DNA of 20,000 bases from an uncultured virus (IMG/VR IMGVR_UViG_3300028887_000006) (IMGVR_UViG_3300028887_000006); one strand, 5' to 3'; positions 1 through 10,617 are shown, numbered from the stretch's first letter. Translations and numbers: made by a program. The notes: generated by a model not told the origin, from the letters alone.

Positions 1-66
1 CACGCCAACCTTAACTTGATTGCGGTTATTTGATGCTATGTGGCAGAAATTCTGGCTCTTGAACAT
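1..66 (-). CDS. 5' end of a virion protein gene (runs off the window); N-terminus resembles the decoration-domain paralogs
   Basis: ATG at 66 preceded by AAAAGGATATAAA; reads MFKSQNFCHIASNNRNQVKVGV, similar to MAFKLQNFGSEVANAKSILGGV (13863) and MSFNLDNFGSDASNVKSIFGGV (13543). Confidence 0.6.
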   Translation of the reverse strand, partial: MFKSQNFCHIASNNRNQVKVGV

Positions 67-89
67 TTTATATCCTTTTCTTCGTTGTT

Positions 90-119
90 ATAATAACACG
101 ACCTTTATTTTGTTTTCAA
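90..119 (-). promoter_or_regulatory. putative sigma70-type promoter
   Basis: TTGAAA-18 nt-TATTAT with TG extended -10, in the intergenic gap upstream of the gene starting at 66. Confidence 0.45.
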
Positions 120-1928
120 TCACTTTTTTTCATAAGTATTGGCACCAACTCCAATAAAGTCAGCAACAATACCAATAGTCATACCCCAGTAACCTGTGTC
201 CATTTCTTCTTTCGGTGTGGTAACTGCTTCAACCAATCCACCGGTCAAAGAAATAGGCAATAACCATTCAGCAAGGTTCTCTCTCCAATCTGCACCTGTT
301 TCCCATTTCAACGGTTTGCCACGATAATCTACAAATTCCCCACCTGTGCGTAATGCATGTTGAAGATTTGCAGCAAACTGTATGCCCGGGGAAGATTTGC
401 CAGATAAGAAATAGAATAACGTATCAGCGGTTTTCATTGGTCTTGTACGACCTTGTGCTGATGTGCTTTCTTGTGTCCATAATCTTGCACCAAGCGTAAT
501 CAAACTTGCTGTGCCTGCGGTTAAATCGAACCTTGTGCGACCAATAATAACCTTTCCAAAATCACTACTGCGTGGGTCTAATGCTGTGCCAATGTCTGTA
601 TCTTCTTCCACTTCATCGCCCCACAGATATTTACGACCTGCCGCAATCAACGCTATCAAAAGCACATTGAATACTGCTGCTCTTGCTCTCAACCCTTGTG
701 GTGTCAGCACTGTTTTACCGTCAACTGTTATCTTATTACCAGATGCAAACACCAATCTTGTGTCAAGCAATAATTGAACACGAGATGCAAGCCATTTAGG
801 TGCAAAGAAAAGGTTGTTAATGATTCTTTGTGTTTCTGGGTCTTTTACACTCCAACCACGACCTGTTAATTGGTTAATAACCCTTCCAACCTGTTGGTCT
901 TTTAATAATTTAATATCGCCATTGGTCGCTTCCCACATAGAATCAAACATATCAGCACGAGCTGTCTGTAATGCAACATTGAATGCTTCTTCTGACCGTC
1001 TGAACAGGTTTAAATCTGTTTCGCCAATCGCTTGTGAAACCCAAGATTCAGGAAAAGCTTCTTCTTTTATACCAACTTCAACACCGAATTGGGAATATTT
1101 ACCAGACAATGCGTTTGGTCGTGTCAATATTTCTGCCATCAGTGTATCTGCCCAACCAATTTTCTTTCCAAAGAACACTTGATAACCAGATTTCATAGCA
1201 TCATAAAATGATTTTGTCTGTCCTGCCAGTGCTGTTGTCTGTAATTGGCGTAAGAACGACACGTCAAAAGATGCCTTGATTGACTTTAAATTACCTGCAA
1301 CTTCCAATACACGTTCAAACACCTTCCCTTTCAGATTCTTGTTAGCATAATCAAGCATGCGTGCTTTCAGGGCAATCGTTTCGTATTCCTTTTGGAATTC
1401 TACCATTTTTTCGCCCAACGCCATACGTGCTTGTTTTACATTTTCTGGTAAATCGTTTAATTCAGAGTATTTACGATTGAAATATTCTGGGTCTAACGAT
1501 AATAGGTTCTTCTTCAACTGGTTTATTGTGTTCGATAAATCATATAACTTTTTCGCATCTTCACGGCTTGTTTCAAACCCCAATGCTTGTTTTGCCAAAC
1601 CATCGGCATAGAACCCCTTCGGGTTGAATACTTCTTTCTTGTTCATAACACGGTCAAGAACAGCGGTTTTGTTGCTGATTTTAACCCCTTTCTTTTCCAG
1701 TTTCTGCATCCATTCCTTAACAGCAGCCGTCTGATTGTTTTTCAATATACGTCTTTCAACTTCACGATTTAACCATTCTGCTGTACTGGTTGACCCCGGT
1801 GTATCAACATACTGCGCAAAGAAATTAACCCTTTCTTGTGCTGTTTTACCACGCAGACCAGCAAAACCACCTTGTGATTGTATTGCTCTACGTAAATCTT
1901 TAATGTTTTCAGGAAGTATGCAGCTCAT
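120..1928 (-). CDS. putative internal virion / DNA ejection protein with C-terminal hydrophobic segments
   Basis: 602-aa helical ORF starting 1 nt after the stop of the 1380-aa gene; hydrophobic stretches AAVFNVLLIALIAAG and YWGMTIGIVADFIGVG; lies after the tail nozzle genes. Confidence 0.6.
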   Translation of the reverse strand: MSCILPENIKDLRRAIQSQGGFAGLRGKTAQERVNFFAQYVDTPGSTSTAEWLNREVERRILKNNQTAAVKEWMQKLEKKGVKISNKTAVLDRVMNKKEVFNPKGFYADGLAKQALGFETSREDAKKLYDLSNTINQLKKNLLSLDPEYFNRKYSELNDLPENVKQARMALGEKMVEFQKEYETIALKARMLDYANKNLKGKVFERVLEVAGNLKSIKASFDVSFLRQLQTTALAGQTKSFYDAMKSGYQVFFGKKIGWADTLMAEILTRPNALSGKYSQFGVEVGIKEEAFPESWVSQAIGETDLNLFRRSEEAFNVALQTARADMFDSMWEATNGDIKLLKDQQVGRVINQLTGRGWSVKDPETQRIINNLFFAPKWLASRVQLLLDTRLVFASGNKITVDGKTVLTPQGLRARAAVFNVLLIALIAAGRKYLWGDEVEEDTDIGTALDPRSSDFGKVIIGRTRFDLTAGTASLITLGARLWTQESTSAQGRTRPMKTADTLFYFLSGKSSPGIQFAANLQHALRTGGEFVDYRGKPLKWETGADWRENLAEWLLPISLTGGLVEAVTTPKEEMDTGYWGMTIGIVADFIGVGANTYEKK

Positions 1929-1929
1929 A

Positions 1930-4900
1930 TCATTTACACTCCAAGTCTTTTAAGAAGTTATCTAAATCTTTATCTGCAATCTTATCTTGGTGTTTGAGAG
2001 ATTCATCCAACAGTTTAAGTGCAGAATCGTATTCTTGTTTAGCTTTCTTATTATCTAACGCCTTATTGAACTTCATATCAAGTGATTTCAATGCAGACAC
2101 AACGTCAATATCGGTTGATTGCTTGAAATTACGGAATCCTGCGACACGTTGACCTAACTCTTTTGCCAAACGATTCGCTACTTCGCTGTTTTTCAATTCG
2201 TCAATCAAGCCCAAATCGCCATTTTCAACAGCCAAACGTTCCAGAGCAGTGTATAAATCTTCCTTATACAACCCTTCAACTTCTGCCATTTGACCGTTAA
2301 TTATCGCCAAAGCATCATCAAGACGTGTTTTTACAAAGTTGTCTGCCACTTCTGCCACTTGCATCATATCACGATGTGAATCGTATTTATCGCCCTTTAA
2401 TGCCATACCGTTTCCGTCTATTTCCTTAGCCAATGCTGACAATCTGCGTTGGATACTGTTTTGGTTTCCACCTTCAACTTCATAACGTGCTGTATCATTT
2501 AAGGTCTTTGCTTCTTCGAGTGCCAGTTTTGTTTCTTCGTCTGTTGTGTTTTCAATAACAGTATCTATTGCACGGTTTAACTTTTCGTTCGCCGCTTGTG
2601 ATTCTGTCATTTCGCCACGTTCAACCATAACATCAAGGTCTGTGATATTAACTACACGGTCAAACCATGCTTTCAGTTCTGGTTTTAGTTCGCCTAACCT
2701 ACCCCATGTCTGTTTGAAATATGGGTTGCTGATGTCGTTATAAATATCACGCAGTTCGCCCTGATAATCTTTCATCAGTTTTTCAACGGCATCTCTGTCT
2801 TTGTTGTCAACACTGATAAACTTTGTCCAATCTTCGTTTTGAACAATCCATGCTTCGTAAGCACGAGCAAATGCTTCACTTGCCTTACGTGGTACAGACG
2901 TTGCATTTTCTGGTATTCCAAGAGCTTTTTCCAACGCACCCCATGCTTTCATGAAATCTTTGCTTTGTTTCCCAGAACGATAGCGGTCAAAGTTTGCTTC
3001 CATCCAGTCATGAGCCAATTCGTGAGATAATGTGGAAGCATCCATCTTGTTTGCACGCAAGATAAATCTGTATTCTGGTATGTATGCACCACGATATGTT
3101 GATGGTGCGGCACCAGATGGGCGGTTTTGCCAGTAAATATTCCCAGTATCCGCGCTGAACGTGCCACGGTTGTCTACAGATTTGATTTGACTTGGTTCAA
3201 AAACAATATGTTCGTCCCCTGCAATAGTCCCATCATAACCACGTGATTTTATGATGTTTGATAATTCTTCGGCAAGACCATTTGTTCTGATGTAATCTGT
3301 GAAAGATAAATCTTGAATCAAGAAATTCAAATCGTTGAAATGTGCATATTCGCCCCAAGCATTATTCAACGCATTTTCTTTGGTATCTTCTTTTTCGTTA
3401 TAGCCGACTTCTTCCCAAGGTCTATATGAATTTGATTCATAACTTCTGCCGTTTTTCTCAAAACTTGCCCGCCAAACTTGAACTTCGTTGTGTTTTGCAT
3501 CGTAAGTATAGATTTTTTCCACCTTGGCATTTTTCAAAAATTCTTTTTTCAATCTTTCGTATTTATTAAAATCTTTCAAGTCGTTTTCTGCCAACAACCC
3601 CAAATCTTTTAATAATTGTCCGCCGCCTTCAAACAAATTATCATACAACCCAGAATAATAACCACCGGTTGATACAATAAATGGTTTTTCTATTTTAAGA
3701 TACACCGGCATTACAATTCTTCCATAGTATCGTGCTTCTGATTCTATTGGTGTAAAGTAAAATCCCGAACCGAAGAAACCACTGTCTGTTGCATAACCAA
3801 ATGTTGTTGGATCAAAACTATCAAATGTATTGCTTGTGCCGTGATACATAACAATAGGTCTGCCTTCTTCGTCAACCACCTTTGAATCGCCAAACCATTT
3901 ATAGAAATTACGCAGGGCAGGTTCTGATTGTGCGATGCGTTCGCCGTTTGAATTATAAACTGTGCGTTCTTTTCCGTCTATGTTGATTGTTTCGCCCTTG
4001 TATTCAGGGTAAATATCGTCAAGACGTGCGTTTTCATCAGCGATGTCAAACTGTTCTTGGAACATTGGTTGTTCGCCAAACCCGATATTAACACCACCTT
4101 TTGCCTTTTTGTTGGTCTGTGGGTATTTGTTTTCTATCAAGTTGCGAATACGCGCCAATATCTGCTCTGGTGTCATCGTTGCTACGTTGAAATTGGCAAC
4201 AACAGATTTATGCAATGTGCCTATTGGCGTAACACCCAAGCGAATCTTAAAGCCTTTCCCACCTTGTGGGTTTATCTGTAAATATACAGCACCGTGTTTC
4301 GTTGGCTTCAATTCATCTATTTTTTGTACATTTACACCTTCGTTAGACAATGTATTGAACACGAGAGATGCCGAACTATTAGCCAATTCTTTTTGTTCTT
4401 GTGTAGCTTCAAACGCATCTAACGCTTTCTGTTTTTCTTTTTCAACGTATCTATCTTCAAGTTTCTTAAACTCTGTTGCAAGGTCTGATACTCTTTCCAA
4501 CACATACTGGCTTGCTTGTGCCAATTTATTTTCGGTTTCTTCAATTTTCGCCCAATCTTTCTTTTCGGCTTTGTTCAATTCTTCCAGTTGGGATTTTAAT
4601 TCAACAATATTATCGTTGATAGATTTGATTTCGGCACGTTGTGCTTCTGGTATGCCTTCTCTAAACCAACCAAGTTCATTTACTTCGCCTTGAAATATCT
4701 CATGGTCTGTGATTTCAATACCACGGTCTATCGCATCCATAGCAATCAGGGAATATTCCAAATCTGTGGTAGCGTCTATTATTGTGTCTTTGTTGTCCAC
4801 ATCAACATCACGATACATTAACGCTACTTTATTGCGTAGATTGTTACGCAAAATTGGGTCTTGTGAAGACATTTCAGCTGTGTTATCTATCATAGCATCT

Positions 4901-6072
4901 GCGACTAATTGTGCTTCTGTATCGCTAATATTTGGTAGCGTAGTTTTAATACCTTTCACAAGATTGCGTCTGTTTACATAAAAGGCAGTTGTTCCCATTG
5001 TGCCACCGATAAACAAACCCCACGCAGCACCCTTTAAGGAATCTTCAAAACCTTCTTTCCAAGTTTTATCGGTTGTTCCTTCTATTTTACGGAACAAGGT
5101 TTCAGTTAATCCTTGCAATAATTCTTCGGTTGCTTCGCCAACACCAATCTTAGCCGCTGCCTTTAATCCAGCAGAGCGCAAGCCAACCTTTGTCAACGCA
5201 CCTGCCATAATAGGTTCAACACCGCCCATAAATTCGATTTGCGCACCAATCGCACCATATGCAGCAGCAGACAAACCGCTTGCATCTTTTGCTGTAAAGT
5301 TTTCAAAATTCTTGTCGCCAGTGCGTTGTAAATACTGTGCAGCCGTTTCTTCTGCGTATTGTCCAGCCATTTCGGCACCAATATACCCTTTTGCTACGTT
5401 GGTTGCTATTTTAGTTGCGGCGGCTCTTCCGGCACCAAATGCGCGACTTGTAGCAAATGCGGTATTTCCAACAGCCATAGTAGGGACCATAGCACCAATT
5501 ATAGCACCAGCTTCGTTATACCATTTGCTTGAATCTATCCCTTGTGCTTGATTATACAATTCTCTAACCAACTTTCTGTTTTCCACATTAGCAGTGGTGT
5601 TAGCAATAACTCTTCTTGCCCATTTGTCCACAGAATAATCACGTCCAGAAAGCAATTTAATCGTTTCATCTAATGATTCTTGGTCTTCTTCAAACGCCTT
5701 TCTTAATTTTTCTCTTTTGTTTTTATCTGCAAGAATAGAAACAACGTCTACTGCTGGTTCATATCTTCCTGTGCTTTCCAAAACACCCTGAGCAACTAAA
5801 TTAGCAATATTTGATGGCAAATTCACTAAAGAATCTACCATAGAACGCCCAGCCGATAACACGGGTTGAGATGCTTTAGCTACAGGTGTATACGCTTGTG
5901 TTCTGATAGCTATAGGGTCTTTCCAATCTGCTGAAATCTTTGCACTGCGAACCAAATCTGCACCTGTCATAAATTTAGGTTCGGCAGTATCTGATTCGCT
6001 CAAACTAAATGGCTGTCTTGCCGCTAATGATTCATCATAATTATCTAAATCTTTCCCAAGTATCTCAGCCAT
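1930..6072 (-). CDS. large internal virion (ejection) polyvalent protein with ADP-ribosyltransferase (ART-PolyVal-like) and zincin-like HExxH domains
   Basis: 1380 aa. N-terminal Gly/Ala-rich helical region typical of ejection proteins; motifs FYKWFGDSKVVD..GRP..MYHGT, GFYFT, PVYLKIEKPF, GYDG..DEHIVFEPSQIKS; then STLSHELAHDW...SEAFARAYE. Confidence 0.8.
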   Translation of the reverse strand: MAEILGKDLDNYDESLAARQPFSLSESDTAEPKFMTGADLVRSAKISADWKDPIAIRTQAYTPVAKASQPVLSAGRSMVDSLVNLPSNIANLVAQGVLESTGRYEPAVDVVSILADKNKREKLRKAFEEDQESLDETIKLLSGRDYSVDKWARRVIANTTANVENRKLVRELYNQAQGIDSSKWYNEAGAIIGAMVPTMAVGNTAFATSRAFGAGRAAATKIATNVAKGYIGAEMAGQYAEETAAQYLQRTGDKNFENFTAKDASGLSAAAYGAIGAQIEFMGGVEPIMAGALTKVGLRSAGLKAAAKIGVGEATEELLQGLTETLFRKIEGTTDKTWKEGFEDSLKGAAWGLFIGGTMGTTAFYVNRRNLVKGIKTTLPNISDTEAQLVADAMIDNTAEMSSQDPILRNNLRNKVALMYRDVDVDNKDTIIDATTDLEYSLIAMDAIDRGIEITDHEIFQGEVNELGWFREGIPEAQRAEIKSINDNIVELKSQLEELNKAEKKDWAKIEETENKLAQASQYVLERVSDLATEFKKLEDRYVEKEKQKALDAFEATQEQKELANSSASLVFNTLSNEGVNVQKIDELKPTKHGAVYLQINPQGGKGFKIRLGVTPIGTLHKSVVANFNVATMTPEQILARIRNLIENKYPQTNKKAKGGVNIGFGEQPMFQEQFDIADENARLDDIYPEYKGETINIDGKERTVYNSNGERIAQSEPALRNFYKWFGDSKVVDEEGRPIVMYHGTSNTFDSFDPTTFGYATDSGFFGSGFYFTPIESEARYYGRIVMPVYLKIEKPFIVSTGGYYSGLYDNLFEGGGQLLKDLGLLAENDLKDFNKYERLKKEFLKNAKVEKIYTYDAKHNEVQVWRASFEKNGRSYESNSYRPWEEVGYNEKEDTKENALNNAWGEYAHFNDLNFLIQDLSFTDYIRTNGLAEELSNIIKSRGYDGTIAGDEHIVFEPSQIKSVDNRGTFSADTGNIYWQNRPSGAAPSTYRGAYIPEYRFILRANKMDASTLSHELAHDWMEANFDRYRSGKQSKDFMKAWGALEKALGIPENATSVPRKASEAFARAYEAWIVQNEDWTKFISVDNKDRDAVEKLMKDYQGELRDIYNDISNPYFKQTWGRLGELKPELKAWFDRVVNITDLDVMVERGEMTESQAANEKLNRAIDTVIENTTDEETKLALEEAKTLNDTARYEVEGGNQNSIQRRLSALAKEIDGNGMALKGDKYDSHRDMMQVAEVADNFVKTRLDDALAIINGQMAEVEGLYKEDLYTALERLAVENGDLGLIDELKNSEVANRLAKELGQRVAGFRNFKQSTDIDVVSALKSLDMKFNKALDNKKAKQEYDSALKLLDESLKHQDKIADKDLDNFLKDLECK

Positions 6073-6102
6073 TTCTCATCCTTTGGGTTAATGGTAACAC
6101 AA

Positions 6103-7698
6103 TTATTCAACAATTTCAAATATAACGTCGCCATCAAAAGTAAAATCTTTCGGTCTAACAACACGACCATTTCGATTTACGCGATACTCTGGGTTTTTCG
6201 ATGCTTCTTCCCAATCAACCCAGTCATACTTGATTTGAGCAGCGTTTTTCTGGACTTCTCTTTGAGTTTGTTTTACGCCCGCCCAATCTCCTTGGCGAAT
6301 TTGTTGGTTTATTGTATCGGTTGCGGTAGACAATAAATTATTTAAGCGAATAAGTTTTACAGATTCGTCATAGCTCATTTTATCCAGCAAAGTAAGTCCT
6401 TGCCACGCTGTTTTCAACCCACCTTTGCCTGTACTGATATTGCGAACCGTTGTCATTTTAGATTCAAAATTGTCAATAATATCGCTAAAATTCTGCATAA
6501 TTGGCGCAAAAGCAGTATTTGTTTCCCAGTTTACTACGGTTTCACGCATTCTCTGTACATTTTTAGGGTTCAACCCGTATGTTTGGGCGTATTCTGCAAT
6601 CGAATCAAGTGTTGCTGTTCCTTGTTCCAAAATCTTTTGTTGTTCTGCATCGTTTGTTGGTGCCGGATTCTTTTCTGCGCTGTTAATCATACGCAACAAA
6701 TCAAGCATAGCAACAGGGCTTTCTGTCTTACTTGGGTCGATTTCGTTGAATTTAACGTTGACCTTTTCCATCTGGTTTATCATTTCTTTCGGCAATAAGC
6801 CAGATTCTCTCAATGATTCTACTGTTCCGGGCAAATCCTGCAGTTGCAAAGACGTATATTCTTTTACGCTTTGGTTAAATCTTGCTTTTTTAATATCTGC
6901 ACCTGCACGTTTTAATTCTTTTTGTGCGTATGCTTTTGCTTTTTCATATACTGTTCTGCTCATACCATTGTCTGCCATATAACGTTCTGGTGCAAGCATA
7001 AACTTTGTATAATAATCTGTTGAATTCTTTAAATCATCGTCATCATTAAGCAACATGCCATCAAAAAACTGTTTAAACCCTTCCAACATAGCATTTTCTG
7101 GATTTTTCATTTTCTTACGTTGAGTTTCTGTAAAATAGAAACTACCATCATCGTCTGTTAAATCTGCAAGTTTTGCTAAATCAGAACGCTGTTTAACGTA
7201 TGTTTCGACATCCATTGGGCGTTTTTCTGCTGGTTCTACAGCATTATACGTCAACACATTAAAATAACTTGTAGCAAGGTCGTCTGATAACCCTTCTGCA
7301 TATGCGGTGGCGTTTATTTTAGTTTGCTTTCTTTGGCGTTTTTTCTGTTCTGTAATAGTCTTATTTAATATAGATGCAGAATCATAGTATGTGTCTTTCA
7401 TAAACTGATTACGGATAGCCGGTGGCGTATCACTAGGCAACATTTCTGTACGAATCTTTTCCAGTGCTTGTTGCAACTGCGCAGGATTGTTGCCAAATTC
7501 TTGAACAGCTTCATCACATTGCTTTTTCCATTCGTTTTTAACAGCAAAATCCCAGTTGGTAATAGAGTCCTTGTATGCCTTGGCAGATGCTTTTTCAAAC
7601 TTAGATGTATCAACACCCGGTTCTTTTATGTTTAAGACATTCACATCGCCCGGAATTCCAGGTGTTTGTGTTTGTTTTATTTCTGCTACGTCTGCCAT
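6103..7698 (-). CDS. putative internal virion protein (T7 gp15-like position)
   Basis: 531-aa helical, charged ORF with RBS AAAAGGATAAAT; lies between the nozzle and the large ejection protein. Confidence 0.55.
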   Translation of the reverse strand: MADVAEIKQTQTPGIPGDVNVLNIKEPGVDTSKFEKASAKAYKDSITNWDFAVKNEWKKQCDEAVQEFGNNPAQLQQALEKIRTEMLPSDTPPAIRNQFMKDTYYDSASILNKTITEQKKRQRKQTKINATAYAEGLSDDLATSYFNVLTYNAVEPAEKRPMDVETYVKQRSDLAKLADLTDDDGSFYFTETQRKKMKNPENAMLEGFKQFFDGMLLNDDDDLKNSTDYYTKFMLAPERYMADNGMSRTVYEKAKAYAQKELKRAGADIKKARFNQSVKEYTSLQLQDLPGTVESLRESGLLPKEMINQMEKVNVKFNEIDPSKTESPVAMLDLLRMINSAEKNPAPTNDAEQQKILEQGTATLDSIAEYAQTYGLNPKNVQRMRETVVNWETNTAFAPIMQNFSDIIDNFESKMTTVRNISTGKGGLKTAWQGLTLLDKMSYDESVKLIRLNNLLSTATDTINQQIRQGDWAGVKQTQREVQKNAAQIKYDWVDWEEASKNPEYRVNRNGRVVRPKDFTFDGDVIFEIVE

Positions 7699-7709
7699 AT
7701 TTTATCCTT

Positions 7710-8354
7710 TTAACTTAAAATAAAATCTGCTGCTAATTTCCCATAAGAACTCTTGTACCCTTGTGCCTTGGTTGCACCTTCAAATCCTGCCCATAAATCG
7801 CCAAACGAACCGGCATCTCCACCTTTAAGAATACTGTCAAGACCTGTTTCTCCGCCTATGCTAAGCAAAACTGCGTCTTCTGCCGCTTTAATGCCTGATT
7901 CTACCAACTGGCCCGTCAACTGATATTTAGCTAGTTTCTGACCTATCTTTGCTTGTTCCTGATAAGATTTATATGCGGCTTTGTCCATATTTACATTACT
8001 TGTGGCTATTGCTATATCCTGTGTAATATTATACGCAGATTCTTTATGTTTTTCAAGTATATTACTCATAGAAACACGAATACCATGAGAAGCCGTTTGC
8101 ACAATATCATTAGCAACCGCAGTATTAAACTTATCTTGCAACTTGTTTTTGATAGTCAACAACTTATTATCCAAAGCATCCATTTTATTTTGATATGCTT
8201 GAATAGTGTTTTCTGTTTGCAAGTTGAGATTTTTATTACGCATACCGAAGAAAGCTAGATTGTCGAAGAATTGTAACAAATCTCCAGCAGAACCAAATAT
8301 TTGGCTTTCAAAATCGCTTATGCGTGCCTGTGATAATGCGTTTGTATCTTCCAT
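7710..8354 (-). CDS. putative internal virion protein (T7 gp14-like position)
   Basis: 214 aa with a coiled-coil middle and Gly/Ala-rich C-terminus, directly after the nozzle gene. Confidence 0.55.
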   Translation of the reverse strand: MEDTNALSQARISDFESQIFGSAGDLLQFFDNLAFFGMRNKNLNLQTENTIQAYQNKMDALDNKLLTIKNKLQDKFNTAVANDIVQTASHGIRVSMSNILEKHKESAYNITQDIAIATSNVNMDKAAYKSYQEQAKIGQKLAKYQLTGQLVESGIKAAEDAVLLSIGGETGLDSILKGGDAGSFGDLWAGFEGATKAQGYKSSYGKLAADFILS

Positions 8355-8355
8355 C

Positions 8356-10617
8356 TTAGCTATCCAATGTTCCGTACTCTATGTTCATCAGTAATGATTC
8401 TAGATGGAACATTGCCCCATTTTTGTTGGTTATTGTGTATTTAATCTCGTCTTTCATCCCTGTTACGCCATAAAAGCATATATGGTCTGTGCGTGGATTC
8501 ATATACCCAGTCTTTCCATTTATAGTTATAGCACCTGCTGGGGTGTCATGTACAGACATTTGTGCCTTTCCAATGCGTTTCATAACAGATTTGGTCTTTC
8601 CGCCCACGTCAATCGGGTGTGAACGAACTATTGCATCAATAGAAAGCCCAACAGTAACATTTGTCAAACTAGAAATATCTGATTGTATTTCCCCGTATTC
8701 GTCTGTTGTGCTTGAGAACTTAAATTCGCCATTTGCATATATATTTATTGGCGCATTGGCTATTGTCTTAAATTCGGGTGTAGTTTCTGGGTTTTTTATT
8801 CCATCTATAACGTAATAATTCTTAGAACCAAACGAGAACACTTCGCCAGTCATATCCATTTGCCCATCAAAGTCTAATACTGCAGGCAATACAACATTAT
8901 TATTATTCCCAGAATAGTTATTTGGGGATGCCTGGCTTAATGTAACCATGAACAAAACACCGTCTTTCAAGTTAACGCTACTATGAATCATTGGTGTATT
9001 GTCGTTATGTACAACAACATAAGTACTATCAGGATTATATTGTTTATATTCGGATTGAACCGTTGTTTTTATTTTCCATCTATTCCAAATCATAGCCTGA
9101 TTTTCAGGAACGAAGTTGCAAACACTTACTCTTGGATAGTTTGCATCGTCTTTATTTATCAAGAATAAATACTTTCCTGTGCTGTTTATTTTATCTTCAT
9201 AACCAGCAAGGCAATATGGATACCATACCAAATCATGCGGTGCTGCAGTATTGATATTCGAAGATTGGAAGATATTGCTTTGGAATTCATACTGCATAGC
9301 TTTTATTTGATTCCCTGTAGCATCACAATATAAACACAAAGATTCAAAAACAATAGGTTTGCAATCTCTAAAAGAGCCGTTACCCGACTGTTTTACAACA
9401 GAACCACTTTCATAGGCATATTCATAGGAATCTGTCATAATCTTTAGTCCGTTATAATCAACTAAATGCAATATTTTTTCTTTATATTGCGTAAGAATAT
9501 CAAGAGTAATTGCTTCGTTTTCTTGATTATAGTCGTTCTTAAAGTCGTTATATTTGGCTATTTGTGAGCCAATAGTAAGTGCGTATGATTCCCCACTTGC
9601 TTCAGCAGAACCTTCTGCCCAATCGCCAGCCCACAATCTTTGTTCTATAAACAATAATTGCGTTGGGTGCGGAAATGTTTCTTGAAGATGATAGTTTGGT
9701 GTTAATGAAGTGAATCCATACTCTATTGTTACTTCAGAATCAGCAGCCTGTTCGTCTGCAACTGGTGTTAATAAGCTACCCCATGCAATAATTTCATTGT
9801 TTTTAGGGCTATAGCCTTCCACTCTCATATATGCGCCATTTTTTGGGAACTGTATAATTGTTCCTGTTGGTATTTTTTCAATTATCAGCGACATATTTTG
9901 CAAAGTATTAGAAAGATTTGTTGTAATAGAACTAAATACTGTTGAAGATATTACTGCGCCACCAAAGCCCGATGTATCTGTTGCAATATACGGTTGAAAA
10001 CCACTACTGTCATGGTTAAAGTTAAGGCTTGGAATATCTGTTGTGGTTATCTTTTTAGTTTTTGTTCCGTCTGGTGCATACCAACCACCAACAAAATAAA
10101 ATACTTCTTTTGTAAGAGAATAGGTTGTATCTGTGTAAGAAGCAATTTTTATCTTAAATATCTGTGGATCACATGCTATCAACAAGTAGTTATTCTGTTG
10201 CGCATAAGAAAGCGGATGATATTCTTTTACTGTGTCTTTTCTAAACTGTGTTGATAATCTTATAGCATCGTCAGTAAAATCAAATTTATATACGATTTTT
10301 CCGTCTTTGACACGCATACTTTCGGCAGGTGTTAGATTTCCATGAATACAAAGCAAAATATAATCGTCTTCGCTGATATAAAATGGAATTACCTGCATGT
10401 GTGGGTCATATCTGAAATAACAATCCATTACGCTAGGGTCTGTAATAGATTCCAAAATCTTAATTGCGGGTCTACGAGATACATTGCCGTAAATATCAGG
10501 CATGCAGTTTTCCATGAGTTCAACGGAAGCCATGGTTATACCAGTGTCGGTTCTTTCTTCCAGTGCTTCTGCTGTTTCCCCCCTAGACCACTTAACTCGT
10601 TTCTGTTGGCTTTGCAT
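8356..10617 (-). CDS. tail tubular protein B / nozzle (T7 gp12-like)
   Basis: 753 aa, beta-rich; N-terminal WSRGE..L..RTD...ENCMPDIYGNVSRRP matches the podovirus nozzle N-terminal pattern; start overlaps the adaptor stop. Confidence 0.8.
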   Translation of the reverse strand: MQSQQKRVKWSRGETAEALEERTDTGITMASVELMENCMPDIYGNVSRRPAIKILESITDPSVMDCYFRYDPHMQVIPFYISEDDYILLCIHGNLTPAESMRVKDGKIVYKFDFTDDAIRLSTQFRKDTVKEYHPLSYAQQNNYLLIACDPQIFKIKIASYTDTTYSLTKEVFYFVGGWYAPDGTKTKKITTTDIPSLNFNHDSSGFQPYIATDTSGFGGAVISSTVFSSITTNLSNTLQNMSLIIEKIPTGTIIQFPKNGAYMRVEGYSPKNNEIIAWGSLLTPVADEQAADSEVTIEYGFTSLTPNYHLQETFPHPTQLLFIEQRLWAGDWAEGSAEASGESYALTIGSQIAKYNDFKNDYNQENEAITLDILTQYKEKILHLVDYNGLKIMTDSYEYAYESGSVVKQSGNGSFRDCKPIVFESLCLYCDATGNQIKAMQYEFQSNIFQSSNINTAAPHDLVWYPYCLAGYEDKINSTGKYLFLINKDDANYPRVSVCNFVPENQAMIWNRWKIKTTVQSEYKQYNPDSTYVVVHNDNTPMIHSSVNLKDGVLFMVTLSQASPNNYSGNNNNVVLPAVLDFDGQMDMTGEVFSFGSKNYYVIDGIKNPETTPEFKTIANAPINIYANGEFKFSSTTDEYGEIQSDISSLTNVTVGLSIDAIVRSHPIDVGGKTKSVMKRIGKAQMSVHDTPAGAITINGKTGYMNPRTDHICFYGVTGMKDEIKYTITNKNGAMFHLESLLMNIEYGTLDS

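Noticed and set aside
1915..1945. Frameshift splitting one giant ejection protein into 1380 + 602 aa
   Set aside because: Clean stop, 1-nt gap and ATG with a GGAG-like RBS upstream fit ordinary translational coupling; no slippery site is evident.
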